Positions 24,445-39,499 of a DNA stretch of 64,000 bases are shown here, piece after piece. The stretch is taken from the NCBI GenBank assembly GCA_964016885.1, contig OZ024742.1, forward strand, positions 50,158,001-50,222,000, written 5' to 3'. The stretch is from Eledone cirrhosa. Lineage: Eukaryota. The notes under the pieces are model-generated. The model ran no database searches, had not been told where the DNA came from, and saw nothing but the letters and a program-made list of their open reading frames with translations. Numbering within the stretch: the stretch's first letter is position 1; every line of letters starts with the position of its first letter. Position numbers and translations under genes: made by a program.

Positions 24445-25599
24445 CTTACTAAACAACCTTACCAATTGTATAACAGTATCTATGTATGATTTTAACATAG
24501 CACGATATTTTAAAACCCATTACGAAGGCTGTGACCTTCAACATTAAAATATTATAATTTTCACTTGAGGTTTTTCTTCCGTTATGTAATTAAAGGACTA
24601 TTATATCGTTCCAGATAGAAGAGAATGTAAAATTAGGTTTTATCTCTTCTCCGTTGGTTTCATATCTACAAAACAAAACATCATGAAATACATTATAAAT
24701 CAAACGAATTAACTAATTAAATTGTTGCCTTTACAAAGAAAATTCTTTAATGGAAATTTATGATGCAGAGTTAAACAATATATGACACAGACTAGTTGAA
24801 ACATATGCGTTATAGAAGACGCCAAAGGCAAACGTTTTTATAATGATTCATCCCTGAAACATATAGATATAACAAGAACTACACAATTATAAAAAGGCTT
24901 TGGACTACAATATTATATCGACATTACTGAATGATTCAAATTGAACGTGTTTCATATATCGAGAATTTCATTTGATAAAGAACGTAAAAATGACGAGTAA
25001 TCTGTTGTAATGACGATGTAAAATGTTATTGTTTTCTGACAGCAATATGCACTTACACAAATACATAAAGGCATTTCACGCAAATACACATACAGGAATG
25101 CTGTCTCTAGTAGAGGTAACGGGAAAGCTGGATACGTGTTTGGAGAGATGAGATGTTAAGGAATGTGAAAGAATTGGAATCATGGGTGGTAAGTGTAACG
25201 GTAGGAATACAGCTCAAAACAACTAGAAAAGAATATAATATCACTCCTTGAATGGAACAACAGAGGCAAATGGCCAACAAATGAGGCAAAACAAACAAGA
25301 TTCTGCCACTAGTCCTGTATAAACTGCCAGCGTGGACCCTCCACCAATCACATTGGACGAATTGTAATCGGTGGTGAGCGCCTGATGCCAGTCACCCATT
25401 GTAACGTTTTTGATTAACCCAGTACTGCAGCTTGGTCAACATGGTGTGCTCTAAGAAAATGTGCCTGAAAAACCCAGACCATACACATTCACTGCCAAAG
25501 GGTCTCGGCAGATCCGGGATCAAGGGAACCCGTTTTCTGTTGAGGTCAACATCTCTTAATTGTCTCGTTTCGCCGCACAATTGACAGTGGTGTACATTA

Positions 25600-26930
25600 A
25601 AGCAATATCTTTCTGTGAGATGTAGAAATTAAAAGAGGTATCTCCCAAGGGGAATCATTCCAACATTCACTACTTCTTATAACACACAATTAGAAAAATA
25701 AAAATTGGCTACCAATATGGAAAACAAGAGTCATTCATAAACCATCTTCTGTTTATAGATGACTTGAAACAGTATGGGAAGTCTGAAAACCAAATAGACA
25801 CATTAGTTAAAATAGTCCAGATATGTAGCAGTGACATCAGAAGTGAATTTGGGATTTTCAAATGCTCTGTGCTCAACAGGAAAAGAGTGAAGAAAGCAGC
25901 CGGTAGTGGAGTACAACTGCCATAGGGAGAGATCATGGGTGAAACAGAATACATATTTGGGGATCTTAGAGATAGATGATTTTTGCATGCAGAAATGAAA
26001 GAACAGGTTAAAGGTATATCTTTAAAAAGTAAAAATGATTTTAAAATGCAACTTGAATGCGAGACATCTTGTTACAATAATTAATATTCTGGAAGTTGCA
26101 GCGGTTATATATTGTGTATCCAATCTTAGTTGGACTGAAAATGAAATATCAAAATGGGATAGAAAGACGAGAATATTAATAACATTATACAAAGATTTAC
26201 ACGCTAAAAAAATATTGATAGACTATACATAAGTATAAGTAGTGAAAGGGGAATGCTTACTTAATATGTGGTAAACAGCTGTTGATACCAATTAGGTGAT
26301 GTATAAAAACTACAAAATTTCTCACACCCAGAAAGGCAGGCTCTTTGGAATGAATGGAGAAAATATGGACCACTTGGTAAATGGATGTGAGTTCCTTGCG
26401 CAAATTGAATACTAGCACCACCATGATAATATCTGTCATTGGCTTCTATGTCGTAAATACCAACAGGAATTTGTAGAGAATTGGTATGAGCATGTGCCTT
26501 GTAAAGTAATTCAGGGAGATGAATAAAGCAACGATATTCTGGGATTATGAATTTCAAACAGATAGAGTAATTGAGCATTGCTGACAGGAAATTGTCGTAT
26601 TGAACAAGAAAGGCAAATACTGTCAGATCGTCAACGTGGCCATACCAAATGACACAAATATTACGCGTAAAAAGAGGGGAAGAGATTACCGAGTATTCTG
26701 AATCGCTGGCAAGATTATTTGGGATGCACAAGGGTAATATGAAAGTGATACCAATTTAGATCGGGCATTAGGGCCAATCCTATTGACATTTCAACACTTC
26801 TTAAAGCGACTGGGAATACCACACATGTTAGGTGTTATACAAAAGACGGCTTTAGAGGAGAGTATTATCTGTCTGCGATCATTGTTCCGACTAGACAGGT
26901 GATTAAATACATACTGCACAACAATAATAA
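25600..26930 (+). mobile_element. R4/Dong-like non-LTR retrotransposon remnant
   Basis: NHLLFIDDLKQYG, CSSDIRSEFG..KC, HLVNGC..LA..Y..HD, WYEHVP, VAIPND; ends in (TAA)n-like aataataa; many stops and frameshifts. Confidence 0.75.
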
Positions 26931-28856
26931 GAAACATAGGAGGGAATACGCATAGTGTCAGAAAGGTGTGTGTACGATTATATCCATCGTATTATTAATC
27001 CGGTAATATTGATGTAGTATCGGGTAGAATATTTTTCCGGCATGCATTTCATTACGATTTTCTACGTTCGGAGTATCATTCCGACTGAGTTCCACTTTGT
27101 CTTTCATCCATCCAGGATTTATGTCAATATATTCGATTTTTTTCACCTCACAAATTGCGATCTTTGACGTTAAATAGACATCAAACTTTAACTGCTATTC
27201 ATATTTTCATATCTATCGAAGAACGGTGTATGTAGACAAACGCAAAGCGTGGTAAGATGGTTTATGGTTGATGCCTTTGCTTAGAGACTTTATATTTGAG
27301 GTCGAATTCTGCCAAGATCAAGTGTTTCCAGCTATCACTGAAATAAGATACAAATTATATACTGGATTGATTCAATGGATTACCTTATTCCCTTAAACCC
27401 GTTCCAGTGTGTGAACGTATGAAATTGTTCAATCATATACCCTGGAAAGAATTACAGCCAAACTATTATTGAAGTCAAAACCTAACGGGATATAACATAA
27501 ACAACACGCAACTTAAACATAAAGAGATGCAGCATAGTATTACATGTAACGTAATCATATATTTATGTAACATAATCATGCACTTAACTTAAACGCAAAC
27601 AGGTGTAACTTAATCACTCCAGTGATTATGTGATTTAACTACAAAATAATGATTGCTAACGTAAAAACATTTTGACAATGCACAGGAATGGTCAATGATT
27701 TAGCCTTCATTACATGAGTGGAATGGAGGTTGATTGAAATGTTCTTAGACTAACTATGATGAATGTCTGCTAGGGCTGTGAAATCTTACATACATTAATG
27801 TCAACTCCTTTGTTTCCTGGGACTATGTTGAAAAAAGAAAATCATCTTGTAATTCCATGAGAGTATCTTGGTCAGCCTCCTTAAGCTAAAAAGTTTACAC
27901 TTTTCAGCATATGAACGTTTCCGCCGGCCCTCGTATATACATATCATTGAAAGGAAAAGTATTTCGTCTGTATTTGAACACAGAATCTAATATTAGGTAA
28001 CAAACATTCACCAAGCAGTTTCCTGTGATCATATCGATTCTGTAATAACTGGCATATTAAGAATGACCATGATTGTTTCAAATTCAGGCAACATTTCATT
28101 AGGTCTTGGGAAGAGGAAGGTCGATTATACTAACTCCATTACTTAACTGGTAGTTTGTTTTATCACACCTAGACGTATACACGGAACAGATATTTGAAAT
28201 CAAAACACAACAAAAAAGGGAAAAAATGACGTAAAAGTCTAATAATTTTGTCAATCCTCCGCTGGCATTAAGATTAATATCAACGGTTTCTGTGGAAGCA
28301 GAAATCGATTATATCGACATTAATACATTACTGGTACTTTAATTTATCGACGCCTGAAAAATGAAAGGCAAGGTATAACTCTGCAGAATGGAACTAAGAT
28401 CGTGGGATATCATGATTAAATACCGCAAAACCTTCTAGCTGAGAGTCTACTGATATTTCCACTTAACTGCCATATTAATAATAATAAAAGATGTTTAAAT
28501 AATGCTGTCAGTACTATTGTTCCTGCATTTATGTAGAGCCTATTTAATTGTTAGTTAAATAGTAATAACCATGTCCGCGTAACATAATTTGATGAATGTA
28601 TTCTGATATTGAGAAAGGAAGACGAATGAAAAGGTAAAGTAGATAGCAGTGTAGTGTCTTGTAAAGGATGAAATAGCAGGAAATATGGTTGTGATTAGGT
28701 GAAACAACTGTAAATGTTGCAAAATGGCAAATGTCAACAGCTGGTTAATTAAGCAATTTCACCGTCATCATATTGAAACATAGGTCAGTGAATCTCAATA
28801 GGCCTTTCTAATACACATGAATAAATTGTAGAGTTTAACCCTAAGGACAGGACTTG

Positions 28857-28921
<65 letters not shown>

Positions 28922-28925
28922 TATG

Positions 28926-28987
<62 letters not shown>

Positions 28988-28989
28988 AG

Positions 28990-29047
<58 letters not shown>

Positions 29048-29051
29048 TATG

Positions 29052-29088
<37 letters not shown>

Positions 29089-29099
29089 ATATATATAAG

Positions 29100-29164
<65 letters not shown>

Positions 29165-29734
29165 ATATATATATATATGTACGTATGTTTGAGTTAGTAT
29201 GTGTGTGTGTGTGTGTCTGTGGCTGTGTGTCTGCGTCTGCGTGTGTTTGTGTGCCTGTGTAGATGTGGTTTTGTATGTATTCATATAATTTATTGTCTTT
29301 ATGTTCTCGGTTCAAACTACACTGGAGCCTATTTTGCTGCGTTTTATCTCGGTCGATAAAGAAATTGTCAGTCGAATGTTTGAACTGATTTAATAGACAA
29401 CTGCGACTTACAACAAAACACCTGTATTATGATAAACATATATATCAATTCCGATGTTGGTTGACTATATTTCACCACCCTGCTGCCCTTTATAATGTTG
29501 CTGCGGATGTGAACCTTACCCTAACAAGACTATTTACTTAAAATCAGAACGTTGAACGTTACAGCGAGACGATAATAGGGGCGATTTTGTCCTTCTCTTT
29601 TAAATTCTTCAACGCTGTCCTAAAACAGAACATATAACTTTATCTACCCTTTCATTGTGAGAAAGAAAATCATGGTAATTACTAAGAAGAATTTTACTAT
29701 TTTATTTGCATGATCATGAACAGCACAACACAAG

Positions 29735-30408
29735 CAGACAATATAAAATAACGTCCTGTACTTCCTCACAAATCGATCGTGAATTAAAATATCGTGAATC
29801 ACAAGCGATGTTCTTCCAATTCGTATTCAGATGATAGCATTGTAGTGATTTTTAGAAAAGCAAAACTGACACAGTCTGTTATTTCGCATTGTCCAATTTT
29901 GCTGGCCACTTGGTTTCTGAATACCAGCTGAAATTGTTTTTGTTTTCTTCCTTATTGCTTAAATAACTGTAACCCTCCAACTCTTTAACCCCACCCGGTT
30001 ACATTGTTTGTAGTTCTAAAGAACAAAATGGTTTCATTGTCTTCTTCAAAGTATTTATTTGCTTTTGTTTCTTCTAAACATGGAAGGCATATGTTTTGAC
30101 ACTGATGCCACTTCGTGATGTATTTTAGGAAATGCTCTACTTTAAAAAGATATAATTCAGCATTAACATTCTTATGTATAATTGAAAAGTTACAATGATA
30201 TTTTTTGATCATGCTTCCATGAATTCTGTGTCGTTATCGTCACGTTGATTTGTTCCCCAATGAAAGCTCTATACGAGGCGAGAAACATCTAAATATAGAT
30301 GATATGATATCATAGGAATGCTATTCTTCTTCCGTTTAACAAAGAGCATTTACCGTTATCAGGAACAAAGAGAAAATCAAGAGATGTGGTTTCAACGAGA
30401 AAATTACC
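29735..30408 (-). pseudogene. Decayed secreted C-type-lectin-domain gene
   Basis: Acceptor ttttttcag at ~30409; hydrophobic LLIFSLFLITVNALC; C..LYLF..WHQCQNIC..GWG..FSW..KWP..DCVSF..WKNIACDSRYFNSRSICEE, with stops and a frameshift. Confidence 0.55.
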
Positions 30409-31364
30409 TGAAAAAATTAATACTCAAAAGATAATTAAAGATAAATATTTATTTCTTTTTAAAGATATATTATTTTGAACTTCCTATTAAAATCTCTGAA
30501 TCCACTGGGATATGATATCATTAACGATAATGCCTCATTTCCGTTCTGAAGAGAGAAAGTGGAGATAAGTATATATTTATAAGCTATCTACATAACACCT
30601 AAGAAAAATATACTTCTTCCCTATGCATACGTCATCCCACGTTTCTAAAATTAATATTGATATCTCCAAGATGCATCTGACCAATTATGCTTCGAAAGTG
30701 ATATTTATCTCTTATAGAGGTATCAAACCAATCTTCTTGTTGTATAGCGGTATCTTGAATTTATTGCTGGCATTTCCTGCCTACATATTTTATTTCGGTA
30801 CTACCCTCAACGTATTAGAGTATAGCTGATTTAGATCTCAGTAAATAAATGACGAAATAAAATACTGCTGTTTATTCAGGCAATCATTCATCTCGTACAC
30901 TGACCACCGCTTTTATTTAAAAAACAAACATATTTTCCATATTACAATGAATGTGATAATATTTTTTGAGAAATGCATGAATGCCAGTCTTTCATTTAAT
31001 GGATTCTCCGTCGCTTTCGACGTCGATCATTGAACTATTTGATGAAATGAAATTATTACTCGTCAAACTAACATGTAAAGGATTGATTATTTCACAAATA
31101 TGTCTAAATTACCTTTATGTGGATTCGGTAACACACAATATGGGATAAGCTTTGAACTTTAAGTTACATCAGCAAGTTCACCAGCTAGGCACCGACGTAG
31201 ACTTTATCTACTGAATTTCGCTCGCCAGGACTTGACAGATCCAGTGATATTGAATAAAAACCATTTTCCCAAGTGTCATAGCAAGGTGATTGAACTCAGG
31301 ACTTCAGGTTTGTGAACGGACATTCTAAATTGATCGGATGCCCCTGCACAAACACTATTTCATT

Positions 31365-31879
31365 TAGACATAGTGTAACATCTTATTAATATTCTGCTTG
31401 GCAGAGGAAATACACAACAACACGTTTAAATAATAAATCTAGATCCCGTCTTTCAAATACATAACCCAGAATAAAGGGTCCAAAATACACGAACCCTTGC
31501 AAAGAAAAACAAATTTGAGAAAAATCATTGCTGTATTTAGATGAAGTTTTGTAATTGATGTAAATATTTATGACAACTATAAGCCACAGTAATTTAAATC
31601 ATACTTATATAATCACCTCATATTCAATGCTTCACCATGATAGATATCAGATATTCACAACAGAGGTTATAAGTGTCAGCATAGAATAGTCAATAGGGTA
31701 CTAGGTCAAACTGCTTAGTAATCGATTTTCTCTGTTAGATCGAATGATGTATATTTCAGGAAAATTGTAATAGCACATAGTTATATTGTTCAATGATAGC
31801 ATCGGTTCTGCATAATTTAAAAGTAGTTACTTAACTTCTGTAGGATACGTTGCATTAGACACACCATATATATGTATAC

Positions 31880-31938
<59 letters not shown>

Positions 31939-32325
31939 GTATAATAAATAATATTATTTAATTACCTCATTACCAGAGGTTTCCCGAATAAGACGAATAC
32001 AAGAAACGTCCTCATTCGTTCGTCAAACAAGGCAATTTTAAACAGTGAAATATTTGAAAAATCTCCTCAAGAAAGGCAAAATTTAACGGGCAAAAAAATA
32101 TATAAATAAAAGTAATGCAAGAGATATATACAAATAAAATAAGGAAATATATATATATGTTTAGACATAGTGTAACATAATATTATTATTATGCTTGGCA
32201 GAGGAAATACCTAACAACATGTTTAAATAATAAATGTAGATCCCGTCTTTCAAATACATAACCCAGAATAAAGGGTCCAAATTACACGAACCCTTGCAAA
32301 GAAAAACAGTTTTGTAATTGACGTA
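31365..32325 (+). repeat. Local diverged duplication (31365-31560 vs 32161-32322; second copy lacks ~35 bp)
   Basis: Shared ttagacatagtgtaacat...tgcttggcagaggaaatac...gggtccaaa..acacgaacccttgcaaagaaaaaca..gttttgtaattga. Confidence 0.85.
31955..32032 (-). ncRNA. Degenerate hammerhead in a further PLE pLTR remnant (31936-32155)
   Basis: Minus strand: TTGACGA-aCGAATGAGGACG..CGTCTTATTCGg-GAAA-CCTC-tggtaat-GAGG-TA. Stems II and III are good; C3 is mutated and stem I is poor. Ends in (TA)n. Confidence 0.55.
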
Positions 32326-32342
32326 TATATATATATACACAC

Positions 32343-32448
<106 letters not shown>

Positions 32449-32451
32449 AGT

Positions 32452-32735
32452 GGAGGCACGTGACCTATTGGTAAGGGTTTGGGACGTACGATCATAATGT
32501 TGTGGGCTTCGATTCCTGCCTGAGTCATGTGTTGTGTTCTTGAGCAAAACACTTCATTTCACGTTATTCCAGAATACTCAGCTGAAAATTAGTACCAGCA
32601 ACAACTGGGGGGGGGGGGTCTGACCAAGCGATGGACTGGCGTTCTGTCCAGGGTCGAGCCTTGTACTCTCAGTCACTTTACGCCATAAAACCAGGATAAG
32701 CATCGTCAAATGACCCTTCTGTCTTAAGACAGATT
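32452..32735 (+). mobile_element. tRNA-derived SINE
   Basis: A box (tgacctattggtaagg), B box (gcttcgattcc), then the gtgttgtgttcttgagcaaaacactt central domain. Confidence 0.75.
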
Positions 32736-32756
32736 TCAGACATTTTTATATATATT

Positions 32757-32829
<73 letters not shown>

Positions 32830-32869
32830 TGTGTATGGAAATAGGTATAATCAACTCTTGAGTTCTTCA

Positions 32870-33300
32870 TGAAATACACTCCCTCCAATGTTCAAATGAG
32901 TCATAGGAAAATAATGCCTAGTTTCTGATAACGAGTTGACCTTGCAGTGAACGTGAATATACCGACTGTGTTGTACCCTGAGTTAATAGAGGGAAAGATT
33001 CCAATCATCTTATTCGACATCGTGTTTCTAATCCCTAAGTTATCACATTTTTACTTTCAATTGGATTGAATTTACGAACGTCTTCTTACAATGACTTGAC
33101 ATCCCTGCTAACGTTGGTGTCACGATAGAACACTCCCAATACTTCTGTACAAATAGAGACAACTTTAAATAGAAACAACGTATGGAAGAGAGCATGTTTT
33201 TAGAATTGTCGAGAACAGGGCAACTTCTCCATTACTTCAAGTGGCAGATGATTGAAGAGTGACATTATTGAATTCATTTCAACTTTTAGTGCCACGAGGA
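32870..33300 (-). pseudogene. Second decayed C-type-lectin-like fragment
   Basis: TCSLPYVVSI*SCLYLYRSIGSVLS*HQR*QGCQ..IQSN parallels C..LYLF..WHQCQNIC at ~30100. Confidence 0.4.
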
Positions 33301-33720
33301 AATGCACCCAATACTCTATGTAAACTGCTTCCCAATCCTACGTTGGTATATAGAATAAAGAAGACGTTTAGGCTTTCCAAGTGCATGTATGATGAGAAAA
33401 TGCTAGTATGATGAGAAAATGCATTCAGTAAACCCAGTAAAGTGGTTCGAGATCGTATGTTGTCAGTCTCAGTTAGAGGGGAATGTTTGTTTATATTGAG
33501 GTATGACAATCGCTCCAGTCAAGGTTATGTGATGATATAATACAACAAAACACTTAGTAAAATGATTGCTATTACAAACACCATCCAACTGTAAAACCAT
33601 GCAAAAATATACCAGGGGCTAGCATGGAGAGCACACATAATATGATGATGACGTCGACAACGATGGTAATGATATAGAGAAATATATAAATCGACAGGGA
33701 CAGGGATTATACGAATACAG

Positions 33721-33777
33721 TTTCTTCTTCTTCTTCTTCTTCTTCTTCTTCTTCTTCTTCTTCTTCTTCTTCTTCTT

Positions 33778-33862
<85 letters not shown>
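33721..33862 (+). repeat. Compound trinucleotide microsatellite (TTC)n(TAC)n(TGC)n
   Basis: Direct reading. Confidence 0.95.
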
Positions 33863-36331
33863 ATAAGTACTATATCATTATGGAGACATTTCTTGGGGGT
33901 GAAGAGTAAGTTGCTGCTACACTACAATAAATTTAATAATTAAAAGATTAAGAAGGTATCTGGAACCGACAGTCGTACCTGACATAATTCATATGATTAA
34001 CAGACAGTATATTATAAAGGTTCTGTGAAACATTGTCTCGGATTATGATACTCTATTCTATAGAGGTAAATTATAGCTCACAAAGTATTATTTTCTTGTT
34101 ATATAAGAAAGTTGAATGACTTTCTTTATGGCTGTATCTTCTTAGTAATGGAAGATGCAACTATAAATGAAAGAAATGTATTGTTAAAGATGATAACATA
34201 GAATAGGAATTCGGAAAGCTAAATTAAAGCATAGAATTGATATATTGCATAGGGAAAACAGTAAGATAACCAAAATTAGTGTAGGTAATCCTTGGAGAAG
34301 TAAACATGAGAAGAAAGCATTAAAATAAGTACGAATACAGTAAAATACGTACGTTATAAACCTCCCTGCAAACACTGGAATGGTTTAAAGAAATGATAGA
34401 TTTTAAAAAAGGTATAGTATTAGGGAAGAATGGTTCTTTGAAAATACATACGTTGAAAATTAATCCCACAAAATTCTATAGAAAGATACGTGAAAACATC
34501 ATACTAACAAATACAATACTTACTAAAGAAAGATACAAAATATTTGGAAATCAATATTTGAAAAACGAATCTAAGTAGAAGACAAATAATGGCTTGTTAG
34601 TGGATTAGAGGGCAATAGAAGAAACTGAGAAAAAACTATTATTCAAAGCATTACATCAACAATAGGTACTTCTAATAGTGACACATAGCCATAATTTAGG
34701 GGAGCGTATAATTGATAAAAGCAGTCTGAGTTCCATATTATTCATTATGGAACGATAAAAAAAAATGTAATCTCGATTGAATTTGAACTTACATTATAGA
34801 ACATATCCCAAGTGGTATCATTCTGTGGATTCTAAGAGATTTTTCCAGCTGTATAAGGTGAGATTGTGTAAGCCTATCCATCAATTGTATGCTTCAACTC
34901 CTTAAATGCTGATTTTTCTTTTTTGTATTTGACATAACGCATAATTAAATATGTAACAGTTTTCTATCAGGAACCGAAATATGAAACCTATTATTTGCTT
35001 TCTCGTCACCATTGGACTCCTACGAAAATAAAAATGTTCAGTCAGCTATAAACAACAACTGTTTTAATAGAGAGTGACCGACTTCAAAGTAGTGTGTTGT
35101 TGAGAATTATTATAATCAAGAATTATTCGTAAATAGGATATATACATGTTGAGAGACCTGAAGAAATGTGTATACAATTTGACTCTTACGCGAACGTTAC
35201 TTTCGAAAATCTATGTCAGACAATAAGAAGGCCAACTAGATACACACAAACACACATACAAACACACACATACACTTAATTATATGTATTTTGTATGAGC
35301 ATTCTGGAAAATCATCCATCGACATCATTATGATTCGAAGCAATCATATTAAATTATGAAAGTGATAATACTTTACAACCTAAAACATCCTTTGCTCTCT
35401 TTGATGCGTTTTTCCGTTCGTCAGTTACACCAACATACATGCATTTAACTCCGCTTCAGATATAATTTATAGATTCAGGAAGTATACGGTTGTGAATTCG
35501 ACCTCGAAAGTATAAAAAACAAAATTGTTCTCGTTGCACTTTGAACTGAAAATGTAAATCATTGGAATCAAGCTGACAATCATTTCTTCTAAAGTTCTAA
35601 TGATACTACCAATCCAACGCTACTAAAAATAAATTATGAATTTAAGTACTCGAAGAATTATTGAACAGCAGATTTCTGAATCATCGGAGTATCAGACAAA
35701 GTATGTTACGGTAAATAGTGACGTATTTTTATGTTCAGCGTTCATATCTCGCTGAAATCGTTTTTGCTTGACATCATTCGGTGCATTGTGTACCAGTCAT
35801 ACACGTATGTTAGGTATTAATCGACTATCCATAAAACGTATTTCTATATTATAATACATTTTTTTTTAACTGTCGAAATACGAATATCATTCAAATTCTA
35901 TACATAAGCCACTTAGACTCTGACCATATTCTAGGTTCATTTAAATAAGTGCTCGTCAAGTGCTAGTCTTGTATCATTAACTACCTCCTTTCTACAGCAA
36001 GCCTTGTTTCTAAGCCAGAAATATATTTTTTTTATGGCATACTTAGCAGACCACCTGAACTGACACAATTAACGGAGTTTACGGGTCAATACCTCAAAAT
36101 ACATTAACAGTTTATAAGTGATGGAATCATATCGATAAATATACTTGCTTTCCTAACCTAAAGAGCACATTTCAGCTTGAATTATGGAATTGATTTGTCA
36201 CGAAGTGTATTGCTACCCTCCATTATTTCACCCCACTCTTCTATAGAAACTGGACATTCAATAATGGCATTCATATAAATATATACATGTATATACCTCG
36301 TATATACACTGACACACAGACTCACACACAT

Positions 36332-36379
<48 letters not shown>

Positions 36380-36404
36380 ATGTGTGTGTGTGTATGTATG
36401 TATG

Positions 36405-36461
<57 letters not shown>

Positions 36462-36495
36462 GTATATATATATATATATATATATATCCATATAC

Positions 36496-36578
<83 letters not shown>

Positions 36579-36828
36579 AACATATGTGAGTGCGTATGGG
36601 TGTATGTATGTACATGTGCTTGTGTAAATGTATGTGAATATATGTATGTAGATGGAAAGGCGGGAAGCCAAACCGAGGGATAGAGAGTGGGAAAGCAACA
36701 CAGAAAATGATATATATATACAAACATGTGCTGTCTGTATAAATATGTATATATATATATATGTATATATATAAATATATATATATTTTGTCCATATATA
36801 TATATATATGTATATATATATATGTATA

Positions 36829-36986
<158 letters not shown>

Positions 36987-37389
36987 TGGGAAAGCGAGAA
37001 AGGAAAGAAAAAATATTTTGTGGTTTCGTTTGTTCCAGTTGAACTGCTATTGTATCAAATACCACCAAAGAAGACGTAAGATAAAACACCAGAGCCCTTC
37101 AATCTACTATGTGTATGTATATTATTTTGCTTGTTCCCTTGCTATGAGCTAAACAGCAAATGTTTGTTTCATAGGCAAGCTATCAATCAAATCACTTTTA
37201 ACGGCAATGACAATATTTAGGAATAAATCGTCCATTTCACTATCTTTCTGAAAATGTTTTTCTTCGTTTCCTTAAATTTTATCCCTTGTGTTTTCACCAG
37301 TTGTCTTTACTTCATCAATTCAGTGATGGTGTTGTTTAGCTGAGTTCAACTCTGAGAAAATAGCTCTCTAAGGAAATAAGTTATAGCCA

Positions 37390-37900
37390 TGAACATTTTT
37401 TTCCTTCAAATCGTTAGTGTACCATTCTAGACGTTTGGCTAAATATTCATTTAATAGGTGCTTACAGATGCTTGGTAGTGTCAATCTCCATTTCAAGAGT
37501 CCAGTCATTTACTCAGTTTACCTCGTCACCAGAAGCAGCTATCGGGGTGTGGCAGAAAAATGTCACCAAATCAAAGGCGAGAGTATGGAATAAACCGGTG
37601 TTATCATCCAACCGAAAAGATCCAGTTGTAATAATCTTTCTATAAATTATCGATAATGTTACGTCCAGTATTCCAATAACGTTCCTGAAAATCACTTCAC
37701 TCTAATTTAAAAGGAAGATTAGATGACATTATGTTCAGTGATGGAATAACCTTTCTGTAAAATATTTCACTCTACTTTCAAAGAAACAGTGTATAATGTT
37801 ACGTTTGAAATATTGATAGTTTAAATCCTGGATAACGGTAGAGTATAACTTAATCTACTTTATCGAAAGTGTATCCCTTCTTTAAGCTGTTAGAGTCTGT
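37390..37900 (-). pseudogene. Third possible C-type-lectin-like fragment
   Basis: LYRY....ERYWNTG..DYYNW..PHPDSC....LPSICK across stops and a frameshift. Confidence 0.3.
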
Positions 37901-39499
37901 ATAATTGGAATTTGTTTTGGTTATTATTTCTTGCAGATCGAGTGATTGTGTAGGAACGCTGCCGTTGCCTCGGAATCGAATAATTGAATTTCTTGTTTAT
38001 CTGATTTGTTATATTCGAACAAAACTATAATGCATGAAATTCTAACTATAACTATACCATCTTAATTTTGGGCATATTACATCTAGATTCCACCGTATCC
38101 AATTTTTCCTCTGGTAAAATATGGATTTATGTCAAGTTTTAAATAAACTCAGGCATTTTCTAAGTGTACAAAATACAGCATAATTTTAATATGTAATACT
38201 TTTAAGTAGTGGAAATAATTTAACATTTTGAGAGTTATGTTTTTTGTAATATTACAGGGAAGAAATTTAGATCCTACAAACATTTTAAGGGGCCTCTAAT
38301 TCTGATAAAGAACATGAAAGAAAAACACTATTATTAATGAGCTGTTCTCATATCTGAAAACTGTCTTGAATTATAAAAATACAGCAGACTCCACTAAATA
38401 AATAAACAGTGTAAGTAATTGTGTTAAACATGGTAATAGATTATGTTTAGCATTCAACCAATCTATTCTGCAAATAAAAACATCACAAAATAACATGGAT
38501 GCCCTCCTTAAAAAGTAATACTTTATTTCAAAATGGTATCAAATGACATAAACTGCAGTCATTTCTCTTGAAATATAGCAATAATTAATTGAAAATGAAT
38601 ATATTTATAAATAACTATGAACATAGAATAAGTTTGTATCTAATCATAGAAAATGAATACATTTTAATATTTTTTTTTAAACAGAAAATATTACAATAAT
38701 TGCAAATTAAAATAATATGAAGGAAACTTGGATCTGCAAGTTCCAATGAACATGAACATATTTGGAGCTGCTACAATTATTATGGTTAGCTTCAAATATT
38801 TCGTTACAAAGCACTGCTGATTGCAGAAAAGGCTGCTTCATTTTTATATCAGGAAAACTAGATCACACATTAGGCTATATATGCTATATTAAGGAAATAG
38901 AATGTGTACAATACAATCAAATGGCCACAGAGACAGTGTTGAATCTTATTTCATTGAGTGATTAACGTGTATATGTGTAGTCTCCTGGCTAATAAAGAAG
39001 GGAAAATAAAGAGTGCCGGGATAAGTTAACAAATCTACTGCTGATTCTAATTTCAAGCCACGTAACGCCTGTTTCTGACTGTTAATAAAACAGGTAATTA
39101 GAAATAGAATAACCTGGTCAAAAATAAACAGCAACGTTTGCATCAGAATTAAGTGTAGGTAGTATCAATAAACTGTTCAGATGGTTTCATTATTAAACCA
39201 CTAAGTTGACTTTGCCTTTCATCCTTACGGGGTCGATAAGATAAAGTACCAGTAATGCACTGGGTAATTGCTGGCCTTGTGCCTAAAGTAGAAACAATTA
39301 TTAAACCACTAAGTCATTTTCTGAACATGGAAATGACTAATGATGAAATATTCAAGATATCCTTAACGTTTTCAAAAATGAAATCTGTAAACAAAGATAA
39401 TTGCAGATTATTCCTAAAGAATTTATAAAGTAACAATTTGTGATAACATGTAAGTTTGCTTGTTAATCGAACAAATAAGATCAATGTTCATTTTGATGT

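Noticed and set aside
28775-28790. GAAACATAGGTC, the 3' half of a PLE-type HHR near a (TA)n tract
   Set aside because: No CTGANGA core or stem I upstream; at most a decayed pLTR.
32452-32525. tRNA genes (also 47615-47687)
   Set aside because: A/B boxes continue into SINE bodies and the cloverleaf is degenerate.
37522-37684. Possible 163-bp host exon (ag|...|gt, open frame) on the minus strand
   Set aside because: No recognisable protein and no partner exons; another frame fits the lectin remnant at least as well.
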